A stretch of DNA of 64,000 bases, taken from the NCBI GenBank assembly GCA_020051695.1, contig JAGVQM010000026.1:106329-170328 (forward strand), in the 5' to 3' direction. Below are positions 34,510-44,549 of the stretch, piece by piece. The position numbers and the translations under genes are program-made. The notes under the pieces were generated by a model. That model searched no databases, was not told where the DNA came from, and saw only the letters and a list, made by a program, of their open reading frames with translations. This stretch comes from Candidatus Zixiibacteriota bacterium. Its GTDB lineage: Bacteria > Zixibacteria > MSB-5A5 > WJJR01 > JAJRUJ01. The first letter of the stretch is position 1. Each line of letters opens with the position of its first letter.

Positions 34510-35802
34510 CTATTCAGTTTTCTCCACTTTCAAAACCATATGTTCCACCGCAATAACTTTGACCCGTTCACCCAGTTCGATCGGCGCCGCACTATGTGCT
34601 TTCCAGTATTCGCCGGCCACGTACACCAGCCCGTCGGGATTCAGTTTTTCCCTAACCGTCCCGACCTGCCCGATCATGCCCACATCACCGGTGGTGGGTT
34701 TGGTACGCATGGTCTTGATCGCGAAATACGTGGCCAGAGCAAAAAACGCCGCCGTCACGCCGACCACGGCCAGGATTACCGACAACGAGATCCTCATATA
34801 TGGCTCACTGGAATCGATCAGCATCACCGACCCGATCAACATGGCTATCACACCCCCAATCGTCAGCACGCCATGGCTGATTATTTTAATCTCCAGCGCA
34901 AATAAGATAAACGCCAGTAAAATGAGAGCCAGCCCGGCATAATTGAGGGGCAATTGCTGCAACCCGTAAAAACCCACAATCAGGCAAATTGCGCCGATCG
35001 TCCCAGGGATGAAGGTCCCGGGATGATATAATTCCATCATAATCCCGAACCCGCCGATCGACAGGAGAATATAGGCAATCTCCGGTGAGGTAATGACCTT
35101 GAGCACCCGGTCGCGCCAGGTCATTTCGACCTCACGCGTATCGCTGCCGGCGGTATGCAGCGTATCCGTTCCCGACGGCAATTCGACGATCATGCCTTCC
35201 ATTTGTTGCAGCAGATCGTCCATCGAGGAGGCGACCAGGTCGATCACGTTCGAATCAAGGGCTTCGGAGGCGGTCACCGACACGCTATGCAACACGGCGG
35301 CCTGCACCCATTCGATATTGCGTTTACGGCGTTCGGCAATGGCCCGGACATAACTGGCGGCATCCTGTTCTATTTTCTCATTCATCACCGAATCTTTGAT
35401 CCCGCCCTCCGGTCCCACCGTATGCGCCGCGCCGATATTGGTCCCCGGGGCCATTGCGGCAATATGCGCCGAAATCGTGACGTACATTCCCGCCGAGGCC
35501 GCACCCGCGCCGGAGGGCGAGACATACACCACGGTCGGGACGTCCGCATTCAGAAACACTTGAATAATGTCCCGAGTCGAGGAAACCAGCCCGCCGGGCG
35601 TGTCCAGCCGCAGAATGAACGCCTCGCGGCCGTGCAGTTCGGCGTCGGCCACCGCCCGCTCAATCACCCGGGAGGTCGTCGGCCCGATAGCGCCTTTCCA
35701 GGTCAATACATCCACCGTCGCCGCACCAGCGGCGGAGGACAGCCACACGCACACGACGACAGCCATTGCGCCGATCGCCCATATTTTTCTGATCGTATTC
35801 AT
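34510..35802 (-). CDS. NfeD-family membrane-bound ClpP-class serine protease (stomatin partner)
   Basis: Signal peptide. ClpP-like domain ([17 protein letters not shown]...[18 protein letters not shown]). Several TM helices. C-terminal OB-fold ([24 protein letters not shown]). The classical NfeD-stomatin gene pair. Confidence 0.85.
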   Translation of the reverse strand: MNTIRKIWAIGAMAVVVCVWLSSAAGAATVDVLTWKGAIGPTTSRVIERAVADAELHGREAFILRLDTPGGLVSSTRDIIQVFLNADVPTVVYVSPSGAGAASAGMYVTISAHIAAMAPGTNIGAAHTVGPEGGIKDSVMNEKIEQDAASYVRAIAERRKRNIEWVQAAVLHSVSVTASEALDSNVIDLVASSMDDLLQQMEGMIVELPSGTDTLHTAGSDTREVEMTWRDRVLKVITSPEIAYILLSIGGFGIMMELYHPGTFIPGTIGAICLIVGFYGLQQLPLNYAGLALILLAFILFALEIKIISHGVLTIGGVIAMLIGSVMLIDSSEPYMRISLSVILAVVGVTAAFFALATYFAIKTMRTKPTTGDVGMIGQVGTVREKLNPDGLVYVAGEYWKAHSAAPIELGERVKVIAVEHMVLKVEKTE

Positions 35803-35882
35803 CTTGTTACCCCCGGCCAAAGTTGCTCCGCCACCCGGTAAAGTCAACGACTATCTGTCGCCGTACTCACTCACACCCACCC

Positions 35883-37484
35883 TCAGCGGCGGTAGACAAC
35901 CTTCCCCCTAAATACGGTCGTATCCACGACCGCGTCCAGAATATTCGCCGGGGGACGCGAGAAAATATTCTCCGAAAGGACCACAAAATCGGCGACTTTG
36001 CCCGGCGAAATCGACCCTTTGGCTGCCGTCTCGCCGGAAGCAGCGGCGGCGGCGGACGTGAACCCGGCAACAGCTTCGTAGACCGAAATCCGTTCGGCAG
36101 GCGTCCACGGGCCGCGCGGATCGGCGGCCTGTTTACGATTGACCGCAGCGTGAATCCCCTGCAGCGGATCGAGCCGTTCAATCGGTGAATCCGAACCGAA
36201 AACCAGCGGCACACCGGCATCCAACAGCGAGCGGAAAGCAAAGGCCCACCGCGAGCGACGGCCCCAATGTTTGATGGCGGTGTCGCGGTCGGACAGTAAG
36301 TGCGAGGGTTGCATCGAGGCGATGACCCCCGACTTTTTCAATAGCTCGATATCGCCGGGATCGACAAGCTGCACGTGTTCAATCCGCGAGGGCATGTGGC
36401 GGGGCATCTTTTTTCGATGCATAACAAACCCGTCTATCGCCCGGCGCAAGGCGGCATCGCCGATGGCATGCACGGCCACCGCCCATCCGGCCTGAAACGC
36501 CCGGCGGACGATCTCGTTAAATTCCTCAGCGGTATGAGTAGGCACGCCGCAGCTTTTCCGATTGGAGGTATAGGGCTGTTTCAGGTGCGCAGTATGCGAG
36601 CCGAGTGCGCCGTCCAAAAAGACTTTGACTGCCCCCAGCCGGAGAAATTCATCCCCCAGCCCGGAGCGGACTTTGGTCTCCGCCAGCCGGGGTAACGCCT
36701 CGACCGGCATGGCGTGCAGTATTCGCAAGCCGAGCGCGCCTTCAGCATGAAGTGATTGGAATATCTCATACGATTGCTCGGAGCCGACATCATGGATTTG
36801 CGTCACGCCCACCCGATAGGCATCAATGAAGGACTCGCGCACTGCCCGCTTGCCCTGCGTCGTGGGAATGGGCGGCAGGATATTCCAGACCAGCCGATAG
36901 GCGTTTTCAGTCAGGTAACCGGTCGGCTCGCCGGTAGTCCGGTCCCGGTGGATTACTCCGCCGTCCGGGTCGGGAGTTGTCGGCCCGATTCCCGCCTTTT
37001 GCAAAGCGAGGGAATTGACCCACAGGGCGTGCTCGTCTTTGGAAAAAAATGCGGCGGGCCGAGCGGGAAACAGGCGGTCGAGATATTTCTTGTGCGGCCG
37101 GTCACCGGCCGGCCACTGATTAAGATCAAACCCCTCGCCCAACACCCAGCCGGATTTCGGCAACCGCCCGAGTTCCGTCTTGATAATCGACAAAGCATTG
37201 TTCACGCACGTAGCGTCATTCAACCCGATTCGGCATTTCCCCAGCACAGTAAATAAAAAGTGGGTATGGCAATCGCAGAAGGCCGGCAACAGCAACTTGC
37301 CCTGTAAACCAAGATAGTCCCAGCGGACGCCGGGGATTCGCGGTTTATCGATAAATTTCCCGGCCCACACAACACGGCCGTGCAGGCAGGCCACGGCCTC
37401 GACCTGCGGGGTTGCGGGGTCCATGGTGATGATCGGCCCGCCGAAGATTAGTAATCCCGGAGGTGCCTTTGGCAATCGTCTCAT
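35883..37484 (-). CDS. amidohydrolase-family metal-dependent hydrolase (YtcJ-like)
   Basis: LLPAFCDCHTHF...VAVHAIGDAA...IEHVQL...ASMQPSH...GSDSPIE. 533 aa. Confidence 0.8.
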   Translation of the reverse strand: MRRLPKAPPGLLIFGGPIITMDPATPQVEAVACLHGRVVWAGKFIDKPRIPGVRWDYLGLQGKLLLPAFCDCHTHFLFTVLGKCRIGLNDATCVNNALSIIKTELGRLPKSGWVLGEGFDLNQWPAGDRPHKKYLDRLFPARPAAFFSKDEHALWVNSLALQKAGIGPTTPDPDGGVIHRDRTTGEPTGYLTENAYRLVWNILPPIPTTQGKRAVRESFIDAYRVGVTQIHDVGSEQSYEIFQSLHAEGALGLRILHAMPVEALPRLAETKVRSGLGDEFLRLGAVKVFLDGALGSHTAHLKQPYTSNRKSCGVPTHTAEEFNEIVRRAFQAGWAVAVHAIGDAALRRAIDGFVMHRKKMPRHMPSRIEHVQLVDPGDIELLKKSGVIASMQPSHLLSDRDTAIKHWGRRSRWAFAFRSLLDAGVPLVFGSDSPIERLDPLQGIHAAVNRKQAADPRGPWTPAERISVYEAVAGFTSAAAAASGETAAKGSISPGKVADFVVLSENIFSRPPANILDAVVDTTVFRGKVVYRR

Positions 37485-37594
37485 CTGATTATCCCAATTC
37501 TATCGACATTTATTTTGCTATATATTATTCCGACAACGGAAAGTAAATGTCTGTTTTCCCGACATTCAACTGCGACTGCCAAAGACTATCCGCT

Positions 37595-37631
37595 ACAAAA
37601 CAAGACAGGGCCCCAATAAATGAGGCCCCTG
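37595..37631 (-). terminator. intrinsic terminator after the 304-aa dockerin-like protein gene
   Basis: The minus strand reads CAGGGGCC-tcatttattgg-GGCCCTG (one bulge) followed by TCTTGTTTTGT, about 40 nt after the TAA at 37670. Confidence 0.55.
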
Positions 37632-37669
37632 AGAATAACGAATAGCTATGCTTGTTCTAACCGGTTCGC

Positions 37670-38584
37670 TTATGGTCCTGGGCAATAGCCGGTTCCCGGA
37701 TCGCCGTGGCAACGATCGACGCACAATCCATCCAGGTCTTTATATACCTTTTGAACCAGGAATGTGACATCCAGCGGCGTCGGTGTGCCGCCATCACCAT
37801 TTACATCGCCGTTTTCAAACGGGCAATCTCCCAGGCCATGATAGTCGTACAATGCATCCTGGCTTCTATATACTTTCTGCACCAGGAAGACCACATCCAA
37901 TGGCGTGGGCATATCACCGCTGCCATCAACGTCGCCAGGGACTCCACAATTGCAGGCCGTAATCGTTATAACACCCTTGTGAAACGTCACATCGCCGGTT
38001 CCGAGCGGACCTTGATCAAAGGGAGGTATCTGCGACACAATGAGATAGATGGAATTCACACCGCAATAAAAGCAAGCGGTATCAAATTCAAAAGTCCCAG
38101 CTACGCCGGCGACATCAAAAGACCACGTGCAGAATGCCAAGTTTTGTTTCGCAGCAACCTCAGAAGTAGTCGCCGAGGCGTTGATACAGAAGTGATCCGG
38201 GCTTACACCGTCATAACCAACGTCGCCGTCCGTCGGGCATGTCTGCCTTGGAATGTCCGGCCGGAACTCCTCAATTAGTAACGCCCAGGGATAAATTGTA
38301 TTCCACTGCCAACTGACATTGTGTTGAAAGGGATGGTTAAGTGCATTGCCGCCGGTGTCATAAGGAAGACTCCCGGTCCAGAAAGCCCCCGGCGTGATTT
38401 CCCGCACGATAATAGGTACACTTAACTGACTCACTTCCCTATCCCAGGATCCGTAAATGGATACCATGACATCCGTCTCATTTGCCTCGACTGTCTTGGA
38501 TTCGATCGTTATATCCCATGCCGCCATGGCATCGAGCGTCGGTATTGTCATCATCAATATCGCTAAAGCTATTTTCCGCCTCAT
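37670..38584 (-). CDS. exported protein: N-terminal beta-rich domain + Cys-framed double dockerin-like C-terminal module
   Basis: Signal peptide (MRRKIALAILMMTIPTLDAMAA). The C-terminus reads ITACNCGVPGDVDGSGDMPTPLDVVFLVQKVY...GDCPFENGDVNGDGGTPTPLDVTFLVQKVYKDLDGLCVDRCHGDPG. GGAGG RBS. Confidence 0.7.
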   Translation of the reverse strand: MRRKIALAILMMTIPTLDAMAAWDITIESKTVEANETDVMVSIYGSWDREVSQLSVPIIVREITPGAFWTGSLPYDTGGNALNHPFQHNVSWQWNTIYPWALLIEEFRPDIPRQTCPTDGDVGYDGVSPDHFCINASATTSEVAAKQNLAFCTWSFDVAGVAGTFEFDTACFYCGVNSIYLIVSQIPPFDQGPLGTGDVTFHKGVITITACNCGVPGDVDGSGDMPTPLDVVFLVQKVYRSQDALYDYHGLGDCPFENGDVNGDGGTPTPLDVTFLVQKVYKDLDGLCVDRCHGDPGTGYCPGP

Positions 38585-38666
38585 GTCGGACCTCCATCAT
38601 CTTACCATCATAAATCACTAAACATCTCCTGTACCTATCACAGGTATCCTTTGCTTCAAGAAACCG

Positions 38667-41600
38667 TTACGGACAACCACTGCAGCGATCCTGACACAGC
38701 CGATCATCGTTTTTGTATATTTTCATCGCCAGTAAAATCACATCTTGAGGTGATGCGCTATAATCACCATTCAAGTCGCCATTTGGATATGGGCAATTAC
38801 CGAGAAGGTCATAATTATATCCGAAGTAGCCGCAACTACAATAGATGTACAACAGTAAATCAGCTAGATCCAACGGATTAGCGCAATTGCCGTCGTTGTT
38901 TATGTCACCCGGGAGTCCGCAATAGCAATAATGCTCAACGGTGACATCAATGGTGATTTCGTCCAGTTGCGCGCCACACAGATCTCCAACCTGCAGCGTG
39001 ATTTCGTATTGGCCTTCCGGTGTTTCATCGAACAGCAGAAAGCCGCGACACTCACCTGCGTCAACGATGCTGATCGACGCTTCGGGTGGATTAATTCCCA
39101 CTAATGAGAATTGACACCCGCAGCAACCGCCCGCCATCCCGTACTTATGGGTGCCCGTGGCCTGAAAATACAGGCTATCCGTATCGTCAACCGCAGTCCG
39201 GTTGAATGCATAATTGTCGTACCAACCAAACCCTTTTTCCCATGCTTTTTTGGTGGTAGCAAGCAAATCGGCGATATAGCCGTCGTAGCTTCCCCCGTGA
39301 TAATCAAACGCGTCCACGCCCTCCTGCGCCTGCGTTGAACTCACCAAGGCAAGTTGATAGACATGATTGTCCTGTTCGTGATCGGGTGAAACAGTGGCTT
39401 CGTCAAAGGCCACGATCGCATGGAGATCATCGACAAAGTCGTCGCTGTCATCGTCGTCTTCGCCCAGGTCATACCAGATCGTCACGCCATTGGAATCCAG
39501 TTCCGTGTAGATATATTGATCGCCAAAGCCGCCGTCCGGGAAAACGTAATTCCGATTGCTTTGCACGACCATGCGTTTGGCCAGCGCGCAGGTCAACGCC
39601 GTCATCCCGGCAGCATACTTCGTCGTCGCGTCGATGGTATCGGGGTATTGGCTTAACGTGTCCTGTATCGTGCCCTGGAGATAGACCAGGTTGTAATCTG
39701 CGACAAAACCTCCGACGTCGCCATGATAGCCGTAGAAATCGCTTGCGATGTGGCAGTCGGCGTCCAGCGCCGCACCGACAATGAGGTCGACAGCATTGTC
39801 AGAGCGCGGATACACGCGATAGACGACGCGGACAAACTCGCAGGAGTCCTCCGCTTGCGGGAAGATGTATTTCACGCTGATCCCGATGGTCGAATCGACG
39901 GTCACCTGATTGGCCACGGCCACCGATTCATCGGTCGCCGGGTCGTATGACAATTTCAGCGTCTCCAGCGCCCGAAAACCGGGATTGCTCGGAGTTGAGT
40001 TGGAGAAGATATCACGGTAGACAATCGTATCCGGCCCGGCAGCGGTGGCGGTCTTGTCGGCAATTAACAATGATGCATCATAGAGCGGGCTGTACAGCGA
40101 GTCGTCATCGGGGGCGCCATAATACCACATGCCACCCTTATGGTTTTCCCGACCCCAGGAAGCGACGTTGGAAACTTCCAGCGCCACACAGGGCGTGGTC
40201 ATGACCGCGCCCGCTCCGCAAACAAATGAGTCGGCCACGAAAAACTCCACAGAAATCACGAAGGGATCAGCAAACTGCAGCGGATCGTTGTGGTTAATCT
40301 GAATCTCGGCCAGCCACAATCCCTTGCCGGGAGTGCTTTCCGCGTCCATGGTCACTGTGTAGGTTTCCGAGGGTTCACCCTTCGCGATCGTCGTCGAGGA
40401 AATGCTCTGTCCACCGTCGAAGTCCATCCAGGAGGAGCCGGAGATGTAGTTGATGGCACCAGTGTACACCAGGTCGGCATTACCAAAGTTGGCGATTTCC
40501 AGCGTTTCAACCTGATATGGATCCCGGCCAGGAGCGAGTTCGCCGTGGTATTCGCAATTCGGATCGGCGGTTAAACTTGCCCAAAGCACCGGCGCAATCG
40601 TCGGACACAGGTTGCCGTCCAACACACCATCACCAATCACGGGGTGATACACCAGTTTATTCACCGACCAGTTGCCTTCATCAAGGGGCGCGGCGCCGGC
40701 GTCATAATCGCAAACATAAAACACATGCATGGTGTCATTGACCAGCCGCGCCATCGAGCCCCAGTGTTCCGAGCGGCAGGGATTGGCGCACTCAGGATCA
40801 TTCGGCGTATCGGTTTCGCAATTGCAGTTCGGCGAGCGGGTCGGGGTACCGCCCAGCGCTCCTTCCACAGTGGTCAGGATTGCTGGAGCCGCCCAGGAAA
40901 AGCCGTTATCATTGGACATGGAAATGGCGATGTTGCCGTTTTGAAATCCCGCTTCCGAGGCATCCATCCGGTCGGCGACATTCATGCCGCCGAACAGGGT
41001 ATAGCAAGCATACAGGTAGCCATAATTGGTGTTGCCGTTGCTCGGATCACTGCAGGAGGTTGAGCCGTCCCCGATCCCCAGCGTCATTTTGGAAATATAG
41101 CGGTTCCACTGTCCCGCACTGCCGTCATTGGCAAAATCGGGATCAACGGCGCCCCATTGTGCCGACGCGGCAATACTGTGATAGGCATCCTGCCCGCCGA
41201 CAAATCCACCCGGCGCACCGCCGGAGACCACGGCTTGCTCGTTGCTGCCCGGCGTGCCTTCATTCCAGTGCTGCATGACCGTCGGGCCGACCGAGACCTT
41301 ACCGGTGGCATCGTCATAACCGGGTGTCGTGAAAATCGCATGCAGCCGGCCATCAAAATCGAACATCAGGCTCATGTCAATAAAGACACGCTGCGGGTCG
41401 GCGTCGACATAATCGGTAACATTGTACCCTGCGCCGGCGGCCCAATCAGTTTCGTCGCGCCCACCCTCGACGATCCAGTCGGCCCCGGCGTTGGTCGATT
41501 CCCAATAGGCCAGGTCATTGTTGTAATAATTGCGGTTTACACCGTAATCGCGAGCTTGCGGCCAGGCATAAATTACCCGATCACCGTCCGCTGCCAGTAC

Positions 41601-42506
41601 CTGCCCCCGGACCATACTCCGCCCCATCGGCACCGGGCCTTGCCACGGGCCGTCAGGGGTGATATAACGCCAGTAACCTTGCCACGCCGGGTCACCCACA
41701 GCCGGGTCGGAATCCTGCACACCGACGTGATATACATCCGCTCCCGCGCCGTTATCGCCAATGGCCCCGGTCGGCCAAATATTCTCCTGCCCACTCGGCA
41801 GCTGGTCGGCAGTATAAATACCGTAGCCCGGAATGGAAAAACGAGCGATGCTCGTGTACGCAGTTGTCCCCTCCACATAACTATGGTGGAACACGATTGC
41901 ATTGCCCGCCGAGTTGACCTCTAGATGAGAATATCCGCCACGTTCGTCGTCTTCGATGATCGGCATGCCGCCCCAGGAGTGCTGGCAAACGGTCCAACCC
42001 GGGACAGACCAGTCATAGCAATTGTAATGGACGTTACGATTCGCATCATTGAGATCATACGACTCGAGCATGGTCCAGGTGACATGAATAAATCTCTTGC
42101 CGGTCGGATATGAAGAATTATCGACACCATGCTCAATCGAGCGCTGCGAACTGCCATACCACTGGAAATCCCACGTCGTCTCGCCGCAGTACATCGATCC
42201 CGGCGGGATGGGATAATTTTTGATTGCACCGGGGACGGCCTTTGCCGCATGAGGGGTAAAATTCTGGTCTGGTTCAACTTCCGCGGAAAATTCATCCCGG
42301 TCTTCGAGGCGCAGTTCATATTGCATCGCCTCTTCAATGGTCATAGTCGTCGGAAATTGGTGACGAAAACCGGTCGGTTGCAGTTGCGTTTCACTTTTGG
42401 CCGACCGTTCCCCCACCGCCGCCGCAACACCAGAGGCACCCGATAAACTGCACCCCAGAACGAGGATCATCGTGCAAATCGCCCCAACTCCACTGCATCG
42501 TTTCAT
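38667..42506 (-). CDS. giant (1279-aa) surface lipoprotein with BNR/Asp-box-like motifs and the same Cys-framed dockerin-like C-terminal module
   Basis: ATG 42506 follows GGAGGAG. Lipobox ILVLGCS. Asp-box-like SNDNGFSW and STNAGADW. The C-terminus reads HYCYCGLPGDINNDGNCANPLDLADLLLYIY...GNCPYPNGDLNGDYSASPQDVILLAMKIYKNDDRLCQDRCSGCP. Confidence 0.7.
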   Translation of the reverse strand: MKRCSGVGAICTMILVLGCSLSGASGVAAAVGERSAKSETQLQPTGFRHQFPTTMTIEEAMQYELRLEDRDEFSAEVEPDQNFTPHAAKAVPGAIKNYPIPPGSMYCGETTWDFQWYGSSQRSIEHGVDNSSYPTGKRFIHVTWTMLESYDLNDANRNVHYNCYDWSVPGWTVCQHSWGGMPIIEDDERGGYSHLEVNSAGNAIVFHHSYVEGTTAYTSIARFSIPGYGIYTADQLPSGQENIWPTGAIGDNGAGADVYHVGVQDSDPAVGDPAWQGYWRYITPDGPWQGPVPMGRSMVRGQVLAADGDRVIYAWPQARDYGVNRNYYNNDLAYWESTNAGADWIVEGGRDETDWAAGAGYNVTDYVDADPQRVFIDMSLMFDFDGRLHAIFTTPGYDDATGKVSVGPTVMQHWNEGTPGSNEQAVVSGGAPGGFVGGQDAYHSIAASAQWGAVDPDFANDGSAGQWNRYISKMTLGIGDGSTSCSDPSNGNTNYGYLYACYTLFGGMNVADRMDASEAGFQNGNIAISMSNDNGFSWAAPAILTTVEGALGGTPTRSPNCNCETDTPNDPECANPCRSEHWGSMARLVNDTMHVFYVCDYDAGAAPLDEGNWSVNKLVYHPVIGDGVLDGNLCPTIAPVLWASLTADPNCEYHGELAPGRDPYQVETLEIANFGNADLVYTGAINYISGSSWMDFDGGQSISSTTIAKGEPSETYTVTMDAESTPGKGLWLAEIQINHNDPLQFADPFVISVEFFVADSFVCGAGAVMTTPCVALEVSNVASWGRENHKGGMWYYGAPDDDSLYSPLYDASLLIADKTATAAGPDTIVYRDIFSNSTPSNPGFRALETLKLSYDPATDESVAVANQVTVDSTIGISVKYIFPQAEDSCEFVRVVYRVYPRSDNAVDLIVGAALDADCHIASDFYGYHGDVGGFVADYNLVYLQGTIQDTLSQYPDTIDATTKYAAGMTALTCALAKRMVVQSNRNYVFPDGGFGDQYIYTELDSNGVTIWYDLGEDDDDSDDFVDDLHAIVAFDEATVSPDHEQDNHVYQLALVSSTQAQEGVDAFDYHGGSYDGYIADLLATTKKAWEKGFGWYDNYAFNRTAVDDTDSLYFQATGTHKYGMAGGCCGCQFSLVGINPPEASISIVDAGECRGFLLFDETPEGQYEITLQVGDLCGAQLDEITIDVTVEHYCYCGLPGDINNDGNCANPLDLADLLLYIYCSCGYFGYNYDLLGNCPYPNGDLNGDYSASPQDVILLAMKIYKNDDRLCQDRCSGCP

Positions 42507-42671
42507 ATTCTCCTCCCCCGATTGCGGCAAACATACGCGCCGCGCCGCACAGATACAGCCGTCGGCGGCAGGAAGACCGTGAGGGACCGCTGAACAGCCA
42601 ATTCTATAATTTCATGAATAAGATCGTAGGGATATACAGTTTTGTCAAGGAAAATTGAGGGAAAAATGCAG

Positions 42672-44549
42672 CTAATTCTCGCCAAGCCAACGCCTTAAAT
42701 CGCCTTCGCGCCGCGTGAGCCCGAGCGTATCCAGCTGGGTCAGAATCGGCACGACATATTTCCGCGTCGTGCCCAGCGCATCGCGCGCCTGCGCGACGGT
42801 AACCGAACCGGTTTCTTCACAGATTTTGCGGATTTTCTCCACGACACTTTCGAACACGCTCCGGGGATAGATAACCCCCTCAGGCAAGGCGACCATCTTC
42901 TCCAGCGACAGCCACAGCGCAATGATTTCTCTGGCATGCCCGCCGGTGTTCTCCAGTTCACTCCTAATCGGCGGCGCCATGCCGCCATCAGTGATGAGTT
43001 TTTCCAGCTGAGCCGCTTCCGCCTGCCATTCAGCCGGCACACCGGGAAAAAAATCAGGCAGGCAATACCGGCCGTCCCTGGCTTTCACCGAACCATCGGC
43101 CAGCCATGCGGCCAGCGTGGCCTTGAACAATTCTTCCGGCACGCGCAGTAATTTACGCCATTCGGTTTCGTTATACCCATACGTGAACGGTTGGTCTTTA
43201 TGCCGTTGCCGCAAAATCCCCAGGGCGCGAGACTTCAATTTTTCGGCCGATCCGACGTCGTTATACCCCTTGCCCAGCGCTGCCCACGCGCCGGAACTGA
43301 TCAGTGCGGCAATAGCATGCAGTACTGCTGTTTTCGAGAACGGGATATCCACCGGTACCGCGGTCTCCGCCAGCCAGCCCTCTTTGGTCATTTCGGTCTG
43401 CAGGATGGTCGGCAATGACAGGTCTTCCGCGCGGAGTTTAAGCAGTTCCAGATATGCCGTGTTGGACTTGGTTACGCGATAGGCGGGAAAGTCGAGCACC
43501 TGTCCCCCGCCGATGGTCACACCGGGCGTCGGCACGCGTAACACGAAGCGGTCACCCAGCCGCGCTTTGACCGGCACGGACAAGCGCAGTTCACAAATCG
43601 CCGATTCGCCGGGCTTGATTTCGTCGGTGTCCAGCAGACGGCAGACCGCTTCGGGTTCGGCGGTGCCCAGCAGGGCCAATAGCGACCGGCCGGTCTTGAT
43701 CGACCAGTGGGATTCGGCCAGCAAGGTCAGCCGCACCAGAACAAACGAATAGGTCGCGGCATTATCGGGCTTGACCAGACACTCACCCCGGGAAAGATCA
43801 CTGCGTTCGATACCGGAAAGGTTGACCGCCACACGCCGTCCAGGGCCGACCTGTTCCACCTTTTGTTTATGCGATTGCAATTCCCGCACCCGCGCCTTGT
43901 GGCCCGAGGGCACGAGGATCACGTCATCACCGATTTTGAATCCGCCCTCCAGCAGCGTACCGGTGACCACACTGCCCCGCCCGGCGATGGTGAACGCCCG
44001 GTCCAAAAACAAGCGCGGCCGCCCCAGGTCTTCCCTGCGCGGCAGCCGCCCGATAAGTTCATCGATGGCCTTTTTCAAATCATCGAGACCCGCACCGGTA
44101 ATCGAGGATACCGGCACAATCGGCGCACCATCCAAAAAGGTGCCGCTGGTTTTATCTTTGATGTCCTCGATGACTAGTTCCAGCCAGTCGGGTTTGACCA
44201 GGTCGGCTTTGGTGAGCGCCACCAGTCCGTGTTTGACATCCAGAAAACGGAGGATATCGAAATGTTCGGTCGATTGCGGCATCCAGCCATCATCAGCGGC
44301 GACCACAAACAACACAAAATCAATCGCCCCCACGCCGGCGATCATGTTTTTAATGAAGCGTTCGTGGCCGGGGACATCGACGACGCCGATTGAAGTGTCA
44401 TTGGCCGCAGTGTACCAGGCAAAGCCGAGGTCGATGGTCAGACCACGGTCTTTTTCCTCGGGCAGACGGTCGGGATCGATCCCGGTCAGGGCTTTGACCA
44501 GCGCCGATTTGCCGTGATCGACGTGCCCTGCTGTTCCCAAGACAAACAT
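42672..44549 (-). CDS. selB: selenocysteine-specific translation elongation factor
   Basis: MFVLGTAGHVDHGKSALVKALTGIDPDRLPEEKDRGLTIDLGF...DVPGHERF. Long winged-helix C-terminal extension. The start ATG shares one nucleotide with the selA stop (TAATG). Confidence 0.9.
   Translation of the reverse strand: MFVLGTAGHVDHGKSALVKALTGIDPDRLPEEKDRGLTIDLGFAWYTAANDTSIGVVDVPGHERFIKNMIAGVGAIDFVLFVVAADDGWMPQSTEHFDILRFLDVKHGLVALTKADLVKPDWLELVIEDIKDKTSGTFLDGAPIVPVSSITGAGLDDLKKAIDELIGRLPRREDLGRPRLFLDRAFTIAGRGSVVTGTLLEGGFKIGDDVILVPSGHKARVRELQSHKQKVEQVGPGRRVAVNLSGIERSDLSRGECLVKPDNAATYSFVLVRLTLLAESHWSIKTGRSLLALLGTAEPEAVCRLLDTDEIKPGESAICELRLSVPVKARLGDRFVLRVPTPGVTIGGGQVLDFPAYRVTKSNTAYLELLKLRAEDLSLPTILQTEMTKEGWLAETAVPVDIPFSKTAVLHAIAALISSGAWAALGKGYNDVGSAEKLKSRALGILRQRHKDQPFTYGYNETEWRKLLRVPEELFKATLAAWLADGSVKARDGRYCLPDFFPGVPAEWQAEAAQLEKLITDGGMAPPIRSELENTGGHAREIIALWLSLEKMVALPEGVIYPRSVFESVVEKIRKICEETGSVTVAQARDALGTTRKYVVPILTQLDTLGLTRREGDLRRWLGEN

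Noticed and set aside
33587-34942. 451-aa plus-strand ORF, the longest unexplained ORF in the track
   Set aside because: It is entirely antisense to the well-supported stomatin and NfeD genes. The product is a low-complexity, Arg/Gly/Pro/Gln-rich sequence typical of the reverse frame of GC-rich coding DNA. It has no recognisable motif and no RBS.
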